Made by a program: the position numbers and the translations under genes
Virus record (IMG/VR): IMGVR_UViG_3300037520_000900
Location: 1 to 64,000 of that record
Length of the DNA: 64,000 nucleotides
Source of the DNA: a virus
Strand: one strand, 5' to 3'
Notes under the pieces: generated by a model
What the model was told of the DNA's origin: nothing
Databases searched by the model: none
The model's input: the letters and a program-made list of their open reading frames with translations, nothing else
In this document: piece after piece, positions 63,411 through 64,000 of the stretch
Layout: each line of letters opens with the position of its first letter
How positions within the stretch are numbered: the first letter of the stretch is position 1

Positions 63411-64000
63411 AATTAATGGTGTGTTAAGGGATACTATCGGTAAGTTTACACAGTTATATGAAAAACATATGATTGAAGAAAAAGAAGATGGGTCAAAAAC
63501 TTATGAACTTGATATGTCCGGTAATACCGAAGAACTAAACCCAAAAGAAGATTTTGAATATAAAATTTTAAATGATGTTACATCATTAAACTTGATGGAT
63601 CATTTCAGTTTTAATGATGAGAATGAACTTTACTCTTTTATGTATGAAGATTTTGCAATGCAGATTTTTGGACACGCTGGTTCGACAGAAACCTTTACGT
63701 TTAATGACTTAAATGAAATTTATCATAATTATCGAAATACAAATGAACTTTTAATAGTCTCTGATGAAATGGGTAAATCAAAACCAGCATCATTATTTTT
63801 CCTTTCTAAGTTTGGGTGTTTATTAGAAAAGATAAAATTTTATTCAAATTTTACAATAAATTCAATGTGGGATGAAATTGACGTTTTACTTACAGCAAAT
63901 CCTCAACTAATATTAGAAAAACCAAAAGATAAAATCGTAGTTAAATATAATACGACATATAATAAAAACGTCGAAGCGGACTATGAGATTGAAAAATTGA
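63391..64000 (+). CDS. NT5C/HAD-like protein with degenerate catalytic motifs, 3'-truncated
   Basis: Manual translation MKRIGIEINGVLRDTIGKF...IDVLLTANP...KYNTTYN; frame open to window end. Confidence 0.65.
   Translation, partial: MKRIGIEINGVLRDTIGKFTQLYEKHMIEEKEDGSKTYELDMSGNTEELNPKEDFEYKILNDVTSLNLMDHFSFNDENELYSFMYEDFAMQIFGHAGSTETFTFNDLNEIYHNYRNTNELLIVSDEMGKSKPASLFFLSKFGCLLEKIKFYSNFTINSMWDEIDVLLTANPQLILEKPKDKIVVKYNTTYNKNVEADYEIEKL

Noticed and set aside
1-64000. Stop-codon reassignment as seen in some large phages
   Set aside because: Genes are full-length in the standard code, and TAG, TGA and TAA all end genes at sensible boundaries

Overview
A 64-kb, strongly AT-rich, gene-dense fragment of a large contractile-tailed dsDNA phage genome (myovirus, distantly T4-superfamily-like), read in the standard genetic code. 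All calls come from reading motifs by eye; no searches were run. Layout: (1) 1-6.0 kb, minus strand: replication/recombination operon (class II ribonucleotide reductase, DnaB-type helicase, 5'-3' exonuclease, RecA/UvsX, gp32-like SSB) behind a consensus TTGACA-16-TATAAT promoter. (2) 6.1-31.8 kb, mostly minus: tail/baseplate module (hub, wedge, tube-initiator with an inserted OmpA-like domain, tape measure, chaperone with a probable +1 frameshift, tube, sheath, terminator, neck). (3) 31.9-36.3 kb, plus: SNF2 helicase, HEXXH-SOD fusion, neck protein. (4) 36.3-47.4 kb, minus: family B DNA polymerase and tail fibre/spike genes with a 68-bp perfect duplication. (5) 47.5-50 kb, plus: probable head-associated proteins including a stand-alone WYL protein. 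(6) 50-62.7 kb: glycan-biosynthesis island (6 glycosyltransferase-like genes, 2 GMD-family enzymes, a sugar C-methyltransferase, 3 other methyltransferases), then PhoH and a degenerate HAD protein. Start codons lack Shine-Dalgarno motifs, hinting at a Bacteroidota host (inference). Best candidate new system: phage-encoded synthesis of a branched, methylated 6-deoxysugar glycan together with a recurrent [S/T]-[G/A]-x-T motif in virion proteins that could be its sequon. Also notable: a shared [L/I]-x-E leader on probable head-cargo proteins, and a TATTTAT late-promoter motif that is the reverse complement of the T4 late promoter. No tRNA, rRNA, CRISPR array, integrase or transposase was seen.
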